Source: Diadema antillarum (taxonomy: Eukaryota). Taken from it: a stretch of 62,277 nucleotides of DNA. Below the pieces are notes generated by a model that was not told the origin of the DNA, did not search any database, and saw nothing but the letters and a program-made list of their open reading frames with translations. The stretch covers positions 248,001-310,277 of the forward strand of contig NW_027271651.1 of the NCBI RefSeq assembly GCF_040938485.1, read 5' to 3'. Positions within the stretch are counted from its first letter, which is position 1. Every line of letters begins with the position of its first letter. The position numbers and the translations under genes are program-made. Of the stretch, positions 24,441 through 38,612 are shown in pieces.

Positions 24441-26188
24441 TTCTTGGTAGCTTTACATATGTATACGAGTAGATTGTATGCAAAGTGTATACTTTCTTAC
24501 TATGTCACATAAAGCCACAGAACAGTAGATACGTAGTACAAAATGCATGTATGACAAATCATATCAAGTATTAATAAAGACTTATATTTATTTAGTTTTT
24601 AGGAAGGCACGGCAAATGTGTAAGAATATAGCACCAATGATTTTTACAGACTTACTTCTCACAGCACGGGAAAACCTTATTTTACATGACATTGTGTACA
24701 TTCACTGTCAAATCACGAAATGTTATGCAGTTACGTATTGAGTAGTTGTAATTCTAAGATAGAGGCGTTTACACGTTTCATGTTAAGTTTTCACACACAC
24801 ACACATACTTGTGTAACGTACCACAGACCACTATACATGCTATACATCTTGAACAGTTTGAACTGAGAGCATTACATTATTATTTGCATCATGATGTTAG
24901 GGTCCCCCCCCCCCTTTCATATACGAAATATCAACAGATGGCTATCAATTTGCACTTCCAATAAATTATCTGTGATCCGTTGCAATAGATAGATGCAGTG
25001 TGAAATGAGTAATTTCTGTGTAGTTTTCGGGATCTGTCTTGCCTTATTTTGACCGCTTAAAAATCATTGTTCTCATCGTGGAGTCGATTTAGAGAGTTGG
25101 ACTCAAGTTTCATGTCGAGTTCATGACTCAGATAGAATTACTGCAATCAACTCCATAAAAAATAAAAGCAGCCGATTTATAATGAGGGTGCGCAATTCCT
25201 TTAAAGTATTTTTGTTTTCAGGTTCATGAAACCACATCGACAGCTATTTTCTCAGCATTCACACTTAAGACTTTTTTTTTTTGGGGGGGGGGGATTTCCA
25301 GATCTAGAGTCGTTTCCCCTGTCTGGTACGCAATTGAGGCTCAACGGCAGTTAGTCTTCTTCTTCTTCTTCTTCTTTTTCTGTGAAATAAGAGTCTATAA
25401 TGATTATATCTATTGTTTATTGAGAAAAGGTGTACGTGTCCCACTGGATCCTGTGAACAAAAAAAAAAAAAAAAACCCACACAATTCAACGAGTTACTGT
25501 CTTTTCACCACTTAAATGTATGATGACGTGAAAGTGAAGTCATCAGGTTTGGGAATAGCCTGCATTTTGAAACTAGTTTGCATCCAAACCATCGATAAAT
25601 TTGTCTCTTGTGAGAAGAAGAAGAAAGGCTCATGTACATCTCATCATTTTGCTTTGAACGTTGAAGGCTAAAACAATTTCGTAATGATGACTCTGTAAAG
25701 GTTGAATATGGGGGTATAGAGTTACCTCATTATTGACAAAGCGCGGTTTGATATCTTACGTACAAATGAATAGGAGTGTTGTGAGGAAATAACATCACCC
25801 TCTTATCGGACTGCTCATGGTTGTGATTATAGAGTTAATGTTTCGAGGAAATGTGCTGAGCATGTTGAACTTTAAAATTCCCCGACTTTGTCATTTTCCT
25901 TGTCCGATTTGTAAAACAAACAAACAAAAAGACTTACTTCACTTCGATTTCATCATTCAGTGGAGTTTCCCTCCAAAACCATTCCTCCACTAAATACCGT
26001 TTATGCCAATGGGATTGATAAACAAAGCGGGCATCATCCTTGTCACCCACTGATATTCCAAATCCTTTAATATCACTACTGTGTCGTTTTCCTCCTTTGT
26101 CGTTTTCCTGCTAGATTTGCTCTTTTGACCTGTTTCCGAAAACAGAATTAAAATAGCCAAACAGAAGGGAACAGAAAACAGCTTAGCT

Positions 26189-26227
<39 letters not shown>

Positions 26228-27666
26228 TTATTCGATATCGTCACTCATACTTCGGGCTCATGGTACCACCTAATTACTCAATCGAATTACAATATTGACA
26301 AGCGATACGTGAAGGAATTAGAGATGAATAACAGTAGTGGAAAAAGAAAAAGAGGAAAATGCAGACCAGTATGGGCGAGACAGCGGCAGTAATAAATATG
26401 ATCTATAATGCGACCATGCTTCCTTTTGAAAGAAATGTTGTCTCTAAACAGAAATTCAAATATGCAATATGTGCTCCTGTTTAAAAGTGACCAATGGACT
26501 TTGGGGAAGTTTTCATTGCTTGAAAACAGTTCTTTTCAATCTGAGACGAATTAATTGTCGAAGACTTTAAACATTTAGTATATCCAAAAAAAAAAAGAGT
26601 CGAATTGCTAATGCACCCAGGTTAATATAAGGTGAGATTTTCCTGCTTGTTTGAGCACTTTCATACACTATAGCATTGAAATGTCCCAAGCTGTTATCTG
26701 GGACATAAGATTGCACGCTTGACGGAACGGTGTGGCTATGAACTGAAAGGTGGGCCATTGTGACATCGACTGTGATCAACTTCCGGGATGACCCGTGTTG
26801 CGACATCCAGTACCAGCCATGCACAATAAATGGCTTTCTTTCCACCAGAAACCACAAAGGCTACTCCTATAACTGATACTGAGAAAAGGAAGCATATGAT
26901 GATGCATTGAACTTTATATCTATGCACCATGCTGAAGTTGATATTAAAATTGCCGAGGAGCTTTGCCAAGAGGCGATCAAATTTGTTTATAAATTAAAGT
27001 CCGCTAATGGTCGATGTGAGTTTAGGGTAACGTCGCAGTAAATGTTTGATTTGAACTTGATAAATATTCTTGTTGTGAGAATAATGTGATACAATTTATT
27101 GCATATTCTAAAACCATCTATTTAATGTAGTCATGGCATTGGGCGGTTGTTTTATCAAATGGCAGGCGTACTTCTTTTAGATACAACGTCAGCACATGTG
27201 AATTCCAGACGTAGACTGTCAAGAGCTCAGCTATGACGCTTCGTGTGACGTCCCTGTAGTGAGTCACCATGGAAATGAGAAATATGAATATACTTGGCCT
27301 TACTTTGACGAACTGAACTTCAATCTATATACGAACTCTAAGATTAAGCAACACAAAACAGTGTTCAAAGTTTTCGAGTCAAGGCTTACTCCATTCTGAG
27401 AAAATGAAAGCAAAACATCCTCCACATACAATAATATCAATCGCTTTAAGCTGTGTCGAATACATGTTTCCCTATCCACCCTGTGAAAATAGACAGTTGC
27501 TTTAAAAAAAATACTTCAGTGGACATCTCAGGTTTATGATTGCATTGATATAATTATTCTCAAAAGGCAAAGTGTTCTCCAGACAGAAATGATCACCACT
27601 TCTGTTTCATTATACTTTCGAAACATTTACTTCACATTATGTGTTAATAGTATGTAGCAATTAAGT

Positions 27667-28090
27667 GGTTCTTTCCAGGAACAATTAAGTCTTAAAAACA
27701 TTATGCGCTCACCGTGTTGCAAATTTATATCATCAAGATTAATCCTCTTAGGACTATCACCGTAAGATACCATTTACATTCTAGGTAAAATTGATTGTTG
27801 GTTTTACAAATAGGGATAAAAAGAAAAGGGTAGAGTCATAGAGCAACAAATAGGCAAAATATAGTGAGGTATACGTAACGGTTCTTTCCCGAAACAATTT
27901 ATTCTTAAAAACAGTATGCGCTCATTGTGTTGCAAATTTATATCATCAAGATTAATCCTCTTAGGACTATCACCGATCGAAAGATGTCATTTACATTCTA
28001 CGTACATTGGTCATTGATTGTACTAATAGGGTTAAAGGGAAAAGGGTAGAGTTATAGAGCAACAAAAAAGGCAGATATAGTGAGGATATA
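27667..28090. repeat. Diverged tandem duplication, period ~213 bp
   Basis: The copies start GGTTCTTTCC at 27667 and 27880 and share TGTTGCAAATTTATATCATCAAGATTAATCCTCTTAGGACTATCACCG exactly. A (TA)n run follows. Confidence 0.9.
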
Positions 28091-28093
28091 TAA

Positions 28094-28145
<52 letters not shown>

Positions 28146-30856
28146 CGGTCTAACAATTCTTCAAAGACATCAATCCAACATCCGTCTAAATCTGGTTGAA
28201 CTGCAGAACCGACAATAAGGCAAAGCACCTGTCTTCCTTTTTTATTCCTTTTTTTCTCTCTTGTCCCATCTTGTTTCGAGACAGAACAATGACAACAGCG
28301 TCATAAAAGTAACTACTCGCCCACCTATATACCCGCATAATTTTGCAGACTCCGTCGTATTGTTTCTGGACTGGATTGGTATATTCACGGACCCTATACT
28401 CCATGGTTGGCATAATGGGTTGAATTTGGAAGAAATTAGCGCAGTAGCATAACTAAAAATAGACAGAAATGTTGATATACTTCCGTACCTCACGTGGCTG
28501 AAAAAGATAGCCAGTATAAAGTATATGTGAACGCCGTGTAATGCCTTCCGAGTTGATAATGATCTTCGTGTATATGTTATGGTTTTGTTTGGGAGTGTCG
28601 TAATTACTGCGATGTCCGGCGATGACGTCAGTTTACGTGTGCAAAGAGAAACGTTATCTAGAGAACAACAGAAGTCAAGAACGTGAATGAAAGTATCTAA
28701 CAATAAATGTTTGAACTCAGTGTGCGATTTATTCCTCAAGGGCAGACGTCCTCTGTTTAATAAGTCTCGACGACTGAAAGAAAACTACTGTATTAGCATT
28801 TTGACATGGTCAATAAGAGTTCGCTGGTGCTTACAGCTCTCTTTCATTCTGTACTTTAGCAACGAATGATGAGTGTTTCGTTTCTAGAATTTTCTTTTAT
28901 ACGTTGTGGACAAAATATCTCCCAATATACGTAGGCTTCGCACAAGTAATATACTCTTTGATACAATAAAACTTTAAATGCTGCAAAATTATGAATGACG
29001 TTGTCGTAATCATGATGGAAATAATTATGTTCCTTCTTGGCAACAGTGTGTTTTTAAGCACATTAATTTGTAAAGGAATGGGTCGAGGTCTCAAATTTTG
29101 TCACTACAATTTACCAAAGAAAAGGTTGGAATTGTTAATCTGTAGAAGCACGGGATCTTTCTTGGATTTTGGCATAATCTGTAGTGATAGTCTGAGTAGT
29201 GGCACTTCACCCTTCTGAGGTATGACCAATGGTGCAAGAGATTGAAAGCGTCAAGATGAAACATATCTTGTACAACCCTCAGTTCTAATGGTAACCAGAC
29301 GAAAGACACCCAACCCAGTTAGCCACACTTCCAGCAAATATTTATGCGGTGATCTTTCTCTTGACTTAGCACAAGGATATAACTGCTAAGCGAGTTGATG
29401 TATCTCCTATCCCAGTATTCAAGAGGGCATTTTCGGTATAAACGGGACCATTATACCAGGCAATTGATCTGTGGACGTTAACGCCTTTCTTGAAGAACAG
29501 TGTTCATCTGAATTAAATAAGGAGGTTCATCAGTGATATTGTATCAATTATGTCAGCATACAGCGCCATTCCTCATACACTTGTAAAGAGGACCGACTAA
29601 ATTATTGAAACAGAGAATGACAGAAAAAAAATTAGAGATAAGTGACAGAACACATCAATATGATGCTGGTAGTGATTACAGCTTGGTGATGATGTTCAAA
29701 GTAGTCATGTGGTATTGCCAAAGCTGGTGGAACTATTTTCACTATCTCTGGATAAATGATTGTCAAAGATAAGTGCTGTCTATTTCATTTAAATTGTACT
29801 TTGCACGATATATTGATACTCTTTCTATATCCAAAGGAGAATAGAATGCGTAGTAAAATCTGTAACTGTCGTCAATGGAAAAAAATCCCAAGAAAACAAA
29901 TTAAGTGTTTTTAAAGAAAACCAGTGGAACTAAACGATTTGAGGCGTCATGAACCAAGTGGTAAGCTCACCATAAACTAAACAAAGGAAGCAGACAGAAT
30001 CTTAAAGTGGAAGTTTAAAACTGTGCCACCGTGTCAGATCAAGGAAATACAAGTGTCAAAGTCCAGATTCTTTTGGATGACAGTGACACCGAACTTCAAG
30101 GTGTGTTTTGATTTGAAGCAAAAAAAGGAAGCTGTCTCAAATAAGACGCAAAAAACACGACAACACGTTGTCGTGTCTCGCGTCTTCCTTCACGTCCGGC
30201 AAATGCAACACATCCACATTCCGAATTCATATTTCGTGTCAGAGTTGTCAAATCAATAAGGCTGCCTTCCGATGAAATCACGTCAATTCTATGTGTGTGA
30301 TTTTACTTTATTAATTGAAATTTGATGTGACTATCATTATGAAAGAGGAAAAGGATGCGATGATATTCTGATTCATAAATCTGTATAATTGATATTTAAG
30401 ATGACATATAAAAACAAAGCATATTAAATCTGATACTCGGAATGGTGGAAGTTTCATTACATAAACAAATCAACTCAAAATTATAAAGTTATGGAGCTGT
30501 GCTGTTCTCACCAAATGTATCGTAATGACATCAGATAGACCTAAATATTATGCAGCATAATGTTGTAACAACGCCCAATCATTCTACTGAGGGAATGGGA
30601 TACATTTAGATATTGGAATTCTATTGGAAAATCCAGACATTGGCATAAGTTCTACTTATGGAAGTATTACATTCTATTGTTTAAACCAATTGTTGCACGT
30701 AAAATGAAGATTGACCATCATTTCATCATCATCATCATTGGGATTACAACATAAACCACATAATTATGATTGGTCACGGCCAGGAATTACATCTTGTTGT
30801 GTTTTGTTGGTGTTGTTGTTGTTTCTGTTTTAATATATTGTTTTTGTTCATCTCAG

Positions 30857-30975
30857 CATGTCATGCCAAGGATGGTGCGACTGTACGAGAGCCCGCCAAG
30901 GCGGGATTGGAACCGAGATCACGCCATCAGACAATGATAATTGTCCAGCCGGCGATCAAACCGGCAATTTTACGT
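30857..30975 (+). CDS. Receptor coding exon 2 (Cys-rich ectodomain, part 1)
   Basis: Acceptor TCTCAG| and donor T|GTGAGT. 119 nt bridge phase 2 to phase 1: (Y)MSCQGWCDCTRARQGGIGTEITPSDNDNCPAGDQTGNFT(W). The supplied ORF track shows this region in a different frame. Confidence 0.8.
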
Positions 30976-31589
30976 GTGAGTTCCACATCCAACATACTCA
31001 TTTATGACCCTATGACATAGAACTGCTTTGTTATAAAATCTCAGCATTGTTATCTAGCCCAAAATCGTTTTCTGCTTATTTCTGACTGTTGACTGAATAT
31101 TGAGATAGCTAATTATTTTTAATGAATAATAACAAGTTAAGTTCCATGCATCTAAGACCAGAGAGAGTGGTTTCATTGTAACTATTTGCCTGCGGTAAGT
31201 ACTTTTGGCGTTGCAAATGTCCGTTTGATGTCATGTCATGTTGTCAAGTTTTTCAGTCACCTCATATTGCGACGATTTCAGTTCAGATTTTATTATGGAA
31301 GCAACTTTCCCTTGAAAACCTACCGTACAGCACCTGGAAAACCATTTAACCACCTTTGATCCGCCAGCTAGGGCAGTTGCCTAGAGGGTAGACGTCACAC
31401 GAGTTCATTGTCCCAGGCATACCCCGCAGAACCAACGAGGTACTGCTCCTTGGTAGAACATGGTTAAAGGCCCTCTGCAATGCAAATGCATGTAAACTTG
31501 TGCTGGTTTAAAATACAGGCCTATTTACCTTCGTCGTCACGTTTATGGCCAAATGAATATCTCAATACGTGTTATACATTTTATGATTT

Positions 31590-31880
31590 TTCGTCTATAT
31601 TTCTTCATATTACTTCGATCCATCCACAAACCCCCAAATTTCAAAACCAGGATTCTTCAGACGATATCATCTGTCAATCACTGCTAAATTACTGATATGA
31701 TTAATAAGAAACGTCGTATGGAAACTAACAAGTAATGCTCAATCATTCCAATGGCTTTTGGTAATCATGGGAAGTCATTTAGCAGTGATTGACAGATGAT
31801 GTCAATGGCAGAATCTTGGTTTGGAAGGTTTTTCTTTTGTAGATGGATCGAAGCAATTTGAAGAAATATATCAGAAAATC
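31590..31880. repeat. Degenerate long inverted repeat (foldback/MITE relic)
   Basis: Perfect 24-bp arms at 31666-31689 and 31777-31800. Outer arms TTTCTTCA.ATT.CTTCGATCCATC also pair. Confidence 0.75.
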
Positions 31881-32772
31881 TTATGTAAAATATATGGCTT
31901 GTATGGCACATGCTTAGATAGTCTTTCGGTCGTTTAGTGATGATCAGGGTAGATAAACATCAGTAGGGAAGAGAAATAGAAAAATCTTATAAAGTGTGAA
32001 TCTTATATTAGAGTATTCTTTTTGCCAAATAAAGGATAATCATTCAGGGTTCAATTGTATTATAAATATTGACACAAGTCAACATGCATTCACATTGCAA
32101 AGTAAAATGTGAAATATATCAATTTAGATATGATGAAAGATATAGAAAATGAAGGAGGAGCGAATGGGAAAGATGAAAGAGCTGCTGAACAAGAAGATGA
32201 TATATTTAAATGTTTACTTTTAATCACAATATTAGGCTTACTATTATTATGAAATTTAGTCACCCATGCTTTCTGTTTATATCGCAAGATTGCAAGATGT
32301 ATAACGTATACCAATCATCATTAACAAGTTCCTGCATTAACAGTCATAGCGAAAGAGTTTTGTTCGTGGGACTTTTCCTTTGGCATGTTAGGTATATCTT
32401 GCTCTTTATTGTTATATTGCATTCTATGTATGCAACGCTGGTCANNNNNNNNNNNNNNNNNNNNNNNNNNNNNNNNNNNNNNNNNNNNNNNNNNNNNNNN
32501 NNNNNNNNNNNNNNNNNNNNNNNNNNNNNNNNNNNNNNNNNNNNNNNNNNNNNNNNNNNNNNNNNNNNNNNNNNNNNNNNNNNNNNNNNNACTCTTTATG
32601 GCTACCCTGCTGACGGGACCCTGTATACGACAGTCTGAAGAGATTCAGAAAGGTATAAACTAAAGTACCATATCATCATTTGTTGTTGCTAAGTCTGAAG
32701 AGATTGAGAAAGGTATAAGCTAACGTATTATATCATTATTGGTTGTTGCTCTTGTTGTTGTTGTTTTTTCAG

Positions 32773-33028
32773 GGTTCAGTGATTGTGGAAATGTGCAAAC
32801 AGAGGGGAAAATATGCTACAGGTGGCGGCCGAGAACACCGGATCGGATATCCTACGTCCAGTGCGTAGCAAGAGAGGACGTCATGGTGTGTCTAATGAGG
32901 GAAGTGATGGACGGCGGTGCCGTGAGGTGGCGTGCCTCACTCACTGGCGAGGACAGGATCGACGTCGATGAGCTCTGCACCGGCGCCACCGGGGCACCTA
33001 CACTAGACAGCTGCAGCCTGTGCGACGG
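32773..33028 (+). CDS. Receptor coding exon 3 (Cys-rich ectodomain, part 2)
   Basis: Acceptor TTTTTCAG|GG and donor GG|GTAAGG. 256 nt, phase 1 to 2: FSDCGNVQTEGKICYRW...YVQCVAREDVMVCLM...DELCTGATGAPTLDSCSLCD. Confidence 0.85.
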
Positions 33029-33543
33029 GTAAGGATAATGGTTATAGAATTACAAATAATCATATCAAAATGATAATGATGATGATGGTGGTGATAGTGA
33101 TGATGATGATGATGATGAACGATGATGATGATGATGATATTGTTTGAATGATAACGAAGGATAATGATAGCTACAATAGTAATTACAGCAATAGTATAAT
33201 AATGAAAGCCACTTGAACTAAGCCATTGTTTTCCAGAAGGCCCTGCGTCATAGTAAGGATACCCAATCGGCTGCGAAATCGGATGGGGGTATGGGGTAGG
33301 GGAGGGGGCTGCAGCCGCACCCCTTTTTCCAGTACACCCTCACTCACGCGCGTGCACACACAAACACACAAAGACACATACACACATACACACATACACA
33401 CACTCTCTCGTATGTGTGTTTGCGTTTATATGTTGTGTGTAGTTGTCAATGCACATATTCGTACAGAAACACAACTATAATGTCTACGTTTATGAAGTAC
33501 TCTTCACAATAATTATAGTGGCCAACATCTCCATTCTCACCAG

Positions 33544-33716
33544 ATACGTCGAACCAAGCACACCGACTCCACCACCACTACGTCCACCGAGCAACCAAGG
33601 CGGAACGGAGGGGGAGGGAGACACCGACCCCACGTTTATCGCAGTGACGGGTTCGAGCAGCGTCCCTGGTGGAACATACAACTTTTCGGCTGACCCGGAC
33701 GGGGAGACTATCCCTG
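33544..33716 (+). CDS. Receptor coding exon 4 (Pro/Thr/Ser/Gly-rich stalk)
   Basis: Acceptor CTCACCAG|A and donor G|GTGAGT. 173 nt, phase 2 to 1: YVEPSTPTPPPLRPPSNQGG...YNFSADPDGETIP. Confidence 0.85.
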
Positions 33717-35332
33717 GTGAGTTATCTTGGCATGCACGTGATTAATGCTTCTTTCTTTCTTTCTTTCCCACGATACCGTATTATCCTTTTAGTGGACAAT
33801 ATCATATCAATCTACGTGCGAGATGAATTATGGCAGATCAAGTTTAGACATGCCAGACAGAATTGTACCCCGTGTGGTAGTCAGTTATTGTAGTGTGTGT
33901 TTTCTGCTATACACGGATATAGGAAATGCGGTCGACATTATTTCATCTGCTATTGTCTGAGAGGTGGCGTCTAGAACGGCTTCCGTCATATATTCCCGTT
34001 TACAGAAGTTACTTGTAATGGTCATTTCTTGAAACATCTTTGAACGTCATTTCCCTGAAACATGATCGGAAAATGCTGAGCTCGGAGATTCCCAGAAAAG
34101 GTCACTCTCATGACTGTTATGTCGAACGGGAGAGTGACTGCATCGTTTACTTCGTAGGCATGGGCGACGAAGGTCCATGTTAGCCCAAGGTGTAGTTTTG
34201 CAAAATCATGATCTAATCGACACTTCCATTTCTTCCTAAGAGGTAAACCAGAGTAACAGGGTTTGGGATAAGGAAAATGAAAGCAGACGATCGTATACTT
34301 TCCTGGCCGTGTCCAAGGTGAACAGAAACCCAAAGCACACGGCGGTCCAGACAAGGTTGTGGATTTCCTTCCTTCAAACATAGAAATCCTTGAAAGTGTC
34401 AGTATTGCATTATTCAATTGCAAAAACATCTGCCCTTCTAATTACATATCAATATAAAAATAAACATATATACATAAGATTACATACGAATGTAATATAT
34501 ATCATATACATATATATATATGTTTATGTATAAATATATATACATATGTACATACATACATACATGCATACATAAAAAATAGTAATGAATGTTTGTGTGT
34601 GTTTGTCCAGAGTGAATGAGAACGAGAGAGGCTAAAAACCCAGACCGCTTTGAATGTCTTGTCTTGTATAGACTAAGCCGCGTTTGTATAAGCTAGTTCG
34701 TACTTGACCGATACCATTTGCATGCAACTTAAGACTCGCCATCTTGAACTCATTGGTGGCGTGCAAACCTCTTCCATCAACGCTGATACTAACTGCAATT
34801 GCCTCATGAGTTCATTTACACGTCATTGTGGGAAGGGGGCTCTACCACTACCTTGGAAAAGATAGAAGGCAATGCTGCCTAAAATAGCTTTACAATGCGG
34901 TTAAACTTAGTCATGTAGATTCGCCGACCCACACGTGTTTTGCTACTGCTTCCAATATTCTTGTTATTTTTGCTAGAGCACTAACATGCTTAGCACTGTA
35001 AATGTCAACGTAAAATATGTCACATACTTCTGCAAAAGTTAACTTGCCCTTTTTTCGCTTTGTGGTTTAAAGTTTTGATACTCATACTTGCGCTATTACC
35101 AGTCGTGCCGTGTGAAATGAGGTTAACAAAAACTCCTATCCGGTTCTTGAAGGTGATATGGTAGATTTTAAACGGAATGTAATCCCTTGTGCGTGTCTCG
35201 AGAAAGCATATCATATTTTGGTCTATTTTGTGATTACCACACAAAGTAATACTCTCGATATTTTCCATTTTTGCTTAATTCAATTCCAATGTACTTTACT
35301 TGAATGTGTCTGTATGTCTCTTTTAAACACAG

Positions 35333-35474
35333 GCAATCTGAGAACAATAATAATCGTCGCTTTCTCAGTGGTCGGAGGCCTGGTGATCATCCTCGTGTTC
35401 GTCATATTTTGTCTGGTCTGCTACATCCGTAGGAAAATCAATGGACGAGTTCGAGACAACGATTCTTCCGTCAG
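35333..35474 (+). CDS. Receptor coding exon 5 (single TM helix)
   Basis: Acceptor ACACAG|GC and donor AG|GTAATG. 142 nt, phase 1 to 2: TIIIVAFSVVGGLVIILVFVIFCLVCYI followed by the positive-inside stop-transfer RRK. Confidence 0.9.
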
Positions 35475-37757
35475 GTAATGTATACTGCCGAGGCGCTTTG
35501 GCAACACATTCTTTAATATTCCCTGTTTAAAGCCCTCTCCCCCCATTTGTCCCACCCCCTCTTTCTCTTAACGTATCCTTTAAATGTAAGGGCAAAATGT
35601 GTGTTAAGCTGCTTTAGTCTGCTGAGGAAAGGCTTCACGTAAGAAAATTGTTTGTTTAAATGACTATTTCTACAGCGACGGGGGTTTTGCAGTTGCTGGA
35701 ATACAAAAAGTTCAGTTATCGCAACAACAACAAAAAAGTGTGGACGGAAAAAGCGTTATATCATGGCACGCTGTGTATAGTGCTTCCATTATGTTTACCA
35801 AATTCATAGCTCTTTGAAAAATATGGGATACTGCCTTTCAAGTCTGCAAGTTGTATATAATTTGGCAGACAAAAGGAATAATCATTCGTCCTAGAATCCC
35901 TACAGACAATCCACTTCAGATGTCTCCGGGTTCAAAATAATTCTGTGCAAGTATGTACTTGAAGAGCTTGAAGAGCAAGAAATTATCAAGCAGATGAAGG
36001 ATGGGGAACTTTGGGCTTTGGGATTTGCTGCAGCTTTTTCTACTTCGTCTACGGACAACTGGTTATGATGACGATGATGTACAGACAGTGATCGTAATGA
36101 GGAAATCACATACATTTTATTGCTTAACGAAATACATTGTTCTGTCGTATTCCTCTTCTCTTGAATATCGAATTACATTTTATTACATTGTTTACAATTT
36201 TGAGGATTGTTGCTCTTTTCTTCTCAAGGAAATCAGTAGAGACCTTTTTAATGTGTTCCAAGGACATCCAAGTTCACTCAATCTCTTTGACATTGGTTAA
36301 TGTTATAGCGACGTTTGGACTGTCTTTTTTTTTTTTGATTTTAGTTGGATTTGGTTTTTTTTAGCTTGTATGCAGAACGTGTGATATCCTGTGCATGCTC
36401 TGGTTCAATCATAGTGCATTCATCACTGTATGTGTGTATGTTGGTTTGCTGTTGATGGTGGTGGTGGTGTTAGTGTCAGTGATTGGAAAGGCATGAACAA
36501 AAGTGTGTGTGTGTGTGGGGGGGGGGTCACATTACTAGGGTCATAGTTTGACTTGACGTTTCTTGTTTCTGAATTTTTAACATTATGTTAGGGACCATGC
36601 GATTGAATACGAAGTAGCCTCCAGAGATAGATTTCTTCTCTCATGGAAATTGGTATACAGAATGGCCATCGGCCGCTTCGATATTTAGTCTCAAAGCTGG
36701 GGGAAAAACAACCTGAATGCACAGGAAGTTACTGGAATAAACAAGATAAAAAGGGAAAGTACTCTTGGCTATAGCCCAACTGTGTTTTACGAATTCTGAC
36801 GATATGTTTAAAAATAGCATGATATATCAGTGTTTATCGTGCGACTCGTCCTTTTTAGTTTATGATACGTGACTATATAGCACTGCGTGGATCTTGTTTC
36901 CGTTCATTATTCGTTCCTTCTCTGTAGTATATCCAAGGAGAATCTGTTCCACCTCCATGGTATATCGATGCCTGGATGCTTTATGTAAATGGCAACTCGG
37001 TTTCGTATATTCTGCCAGTACTTTGCTCCTTTTCTTCTCTATTCTGCTTTGTTTGTGTACCATTGTACTCTAACACACAATCATCTTGTATCCATATTCT
37101 AAGTTGTGAGTTTACTTTGGAGCCTTTTCCTAACAAGCCTATATTCTTGATTGGTCCCCCACAATGAATATTATTATGACTTTAAACTGTTATCATGGTA
37201 ATGATTGCCCTTTTTCTATGGAAATAACTGAAATGAAATGAAATGCTTACAATCAGTCTACCTATAAAGATGAAGGATTTTATCCCTGTTGGAATAATCA
37301 TTGCAGGTTGTATAGTGGGTATAATGGTGTACAGAATTATATGTCAGATGTACGAAAACACGGCTAAGAAAACTGGATCTAGGAATGGAGCGGCGTGGAG
37401 AAAACGCAGTGACCAGACATCAATGGATGTACTGGCATTTGCAGTGTAAACTTTGTATAAAGAAGAATATAGGAAATACTCAACATAACAAACTCTTGAC
37501 TTTAATTCAAATAGAGCTAATTCCTTTTGGTTTTTAGCTGTTTGGGGTTAATGATATTATGACGGTAGCTGATATATAAACACCTTTTTCGGTCTAACGG
37601 ATCTGCTGATGCCAAGATTTAATCTGTTCCACGTGTTTCAAATTTGCCCTATCAATTTGGACGTTATCTGGGCCGCTATCCCCTTGATACGTCATGTTAA
37701 CACCTCGGAATTTCCTTGGTTGTTTTTCGTTTGATTTTGCTTGTTTGTGTATTTGTT

Positions 37758-37809
<52 letters not shown>

Positions 37810-38084
37810 TTTGTTTTCTCACCTGGTCATGGCATGAAAGCTACAATTACCCAGAAGAGAATATGAGCAACTGGGTGGATGTCAAGGGCAGCTCATGCGT
37901 GGCACACGGTTATAGAGATATAAAATTGATACTCAAGATGGTCCCATAGGCAGGAGAGGTTGTGGGTTGCTCTTTTTTTTCACCCCTTTAAGTGACATAT
38001 CGCTTCCCTCGTGGCTTGCCACTTCCTGTGTAGATTGATAACATGCCCCTTAACACACCCAACGTCAATTTTCCCCCCATGCAG

Positions 38085-38173
38085 GGCGCACTACCGCTCA
38101 GGAGAAGTCAATCGGTACAGTGCGGTGCAGAATTCGCTGAGCACGAACAGAGCGAGTGTGGAGTCACGACCCG
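38085..38173 (+). CDS. Receptor coding exon 6 (juxtamembrane cytoplasmic)
   Basis: Acceptor CCCCATGCAG|G and donor G|GTAAGT. 89 nt, phase 2 to 1: AHYRSGEVNRYSAVQNSLSTNRASVESRP. Confidence 0.85.
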
Positions 38174-38612
38174 GTAAGTTTATATTCAGCCGTCCAATAG
38201 TCAGTTCGTAGTCGGCGCATATGCCGATTGCTTCACGTACACTTCTCTTGAAGAGGAGAAGTAATCATATCATCCGTGTTAACTAAGTTTGTACGTTCGG
38301 GACACCAGCGATATTTTCCCAATTATAGAAAAATGTACCGACTTTCCATTTCTAGTATCCAATGCAAATCTTAAGTATGACATTAAATGTAGCAATTAGA
38401 CATGCCTCGGTCCTGTAAACGCATTATGAATTAACGCTGTTATCATCCCAAGTGATCGAGGGAAAAATACCAGTGGAAGGAAAATGGACAAGAACTCATG
38501 CTTACTCACAAGAGTAACCAGTATTTACCATAAGAGCCGAGGTTCATTCATGCCCCAAGTCTGTTGCAGTTTCCATCATTTTTACAGCCTAGGCCCTAAT
38601 ATAATATCTTAA

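Noticed and set aside
21098-28630. Three TGACGTCA (CRE) palindromes at 21098, 22866 and 28623, and kB-like sites at 37707 and 48489
   Set aside because: Short motifs occur by chance at this scale, and one lies inside a MITE. Not supportable without conservation or chromatin data.
30155-30176. 10-bp-arm palindrome ACACGACAAC-AC-GTTGTCGTGT
   Set aside because: A single short palindrome is plausible by chance in 62 kb and has no associated feature.
32634-32760. ~60-bp tandem duplication next to a gap, just upstream of exon 3
   Set aside because: It could be an assembly artefact at the gap edge. The gene model is already phase-complete, so no missing exon is needed in the gap.
34022-34429. 135-aa - strand ORF in receptor intron 4
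   Set aside because: No recognisable homology in any frame by eye; possibly a decayed TE relic, but unsupported.
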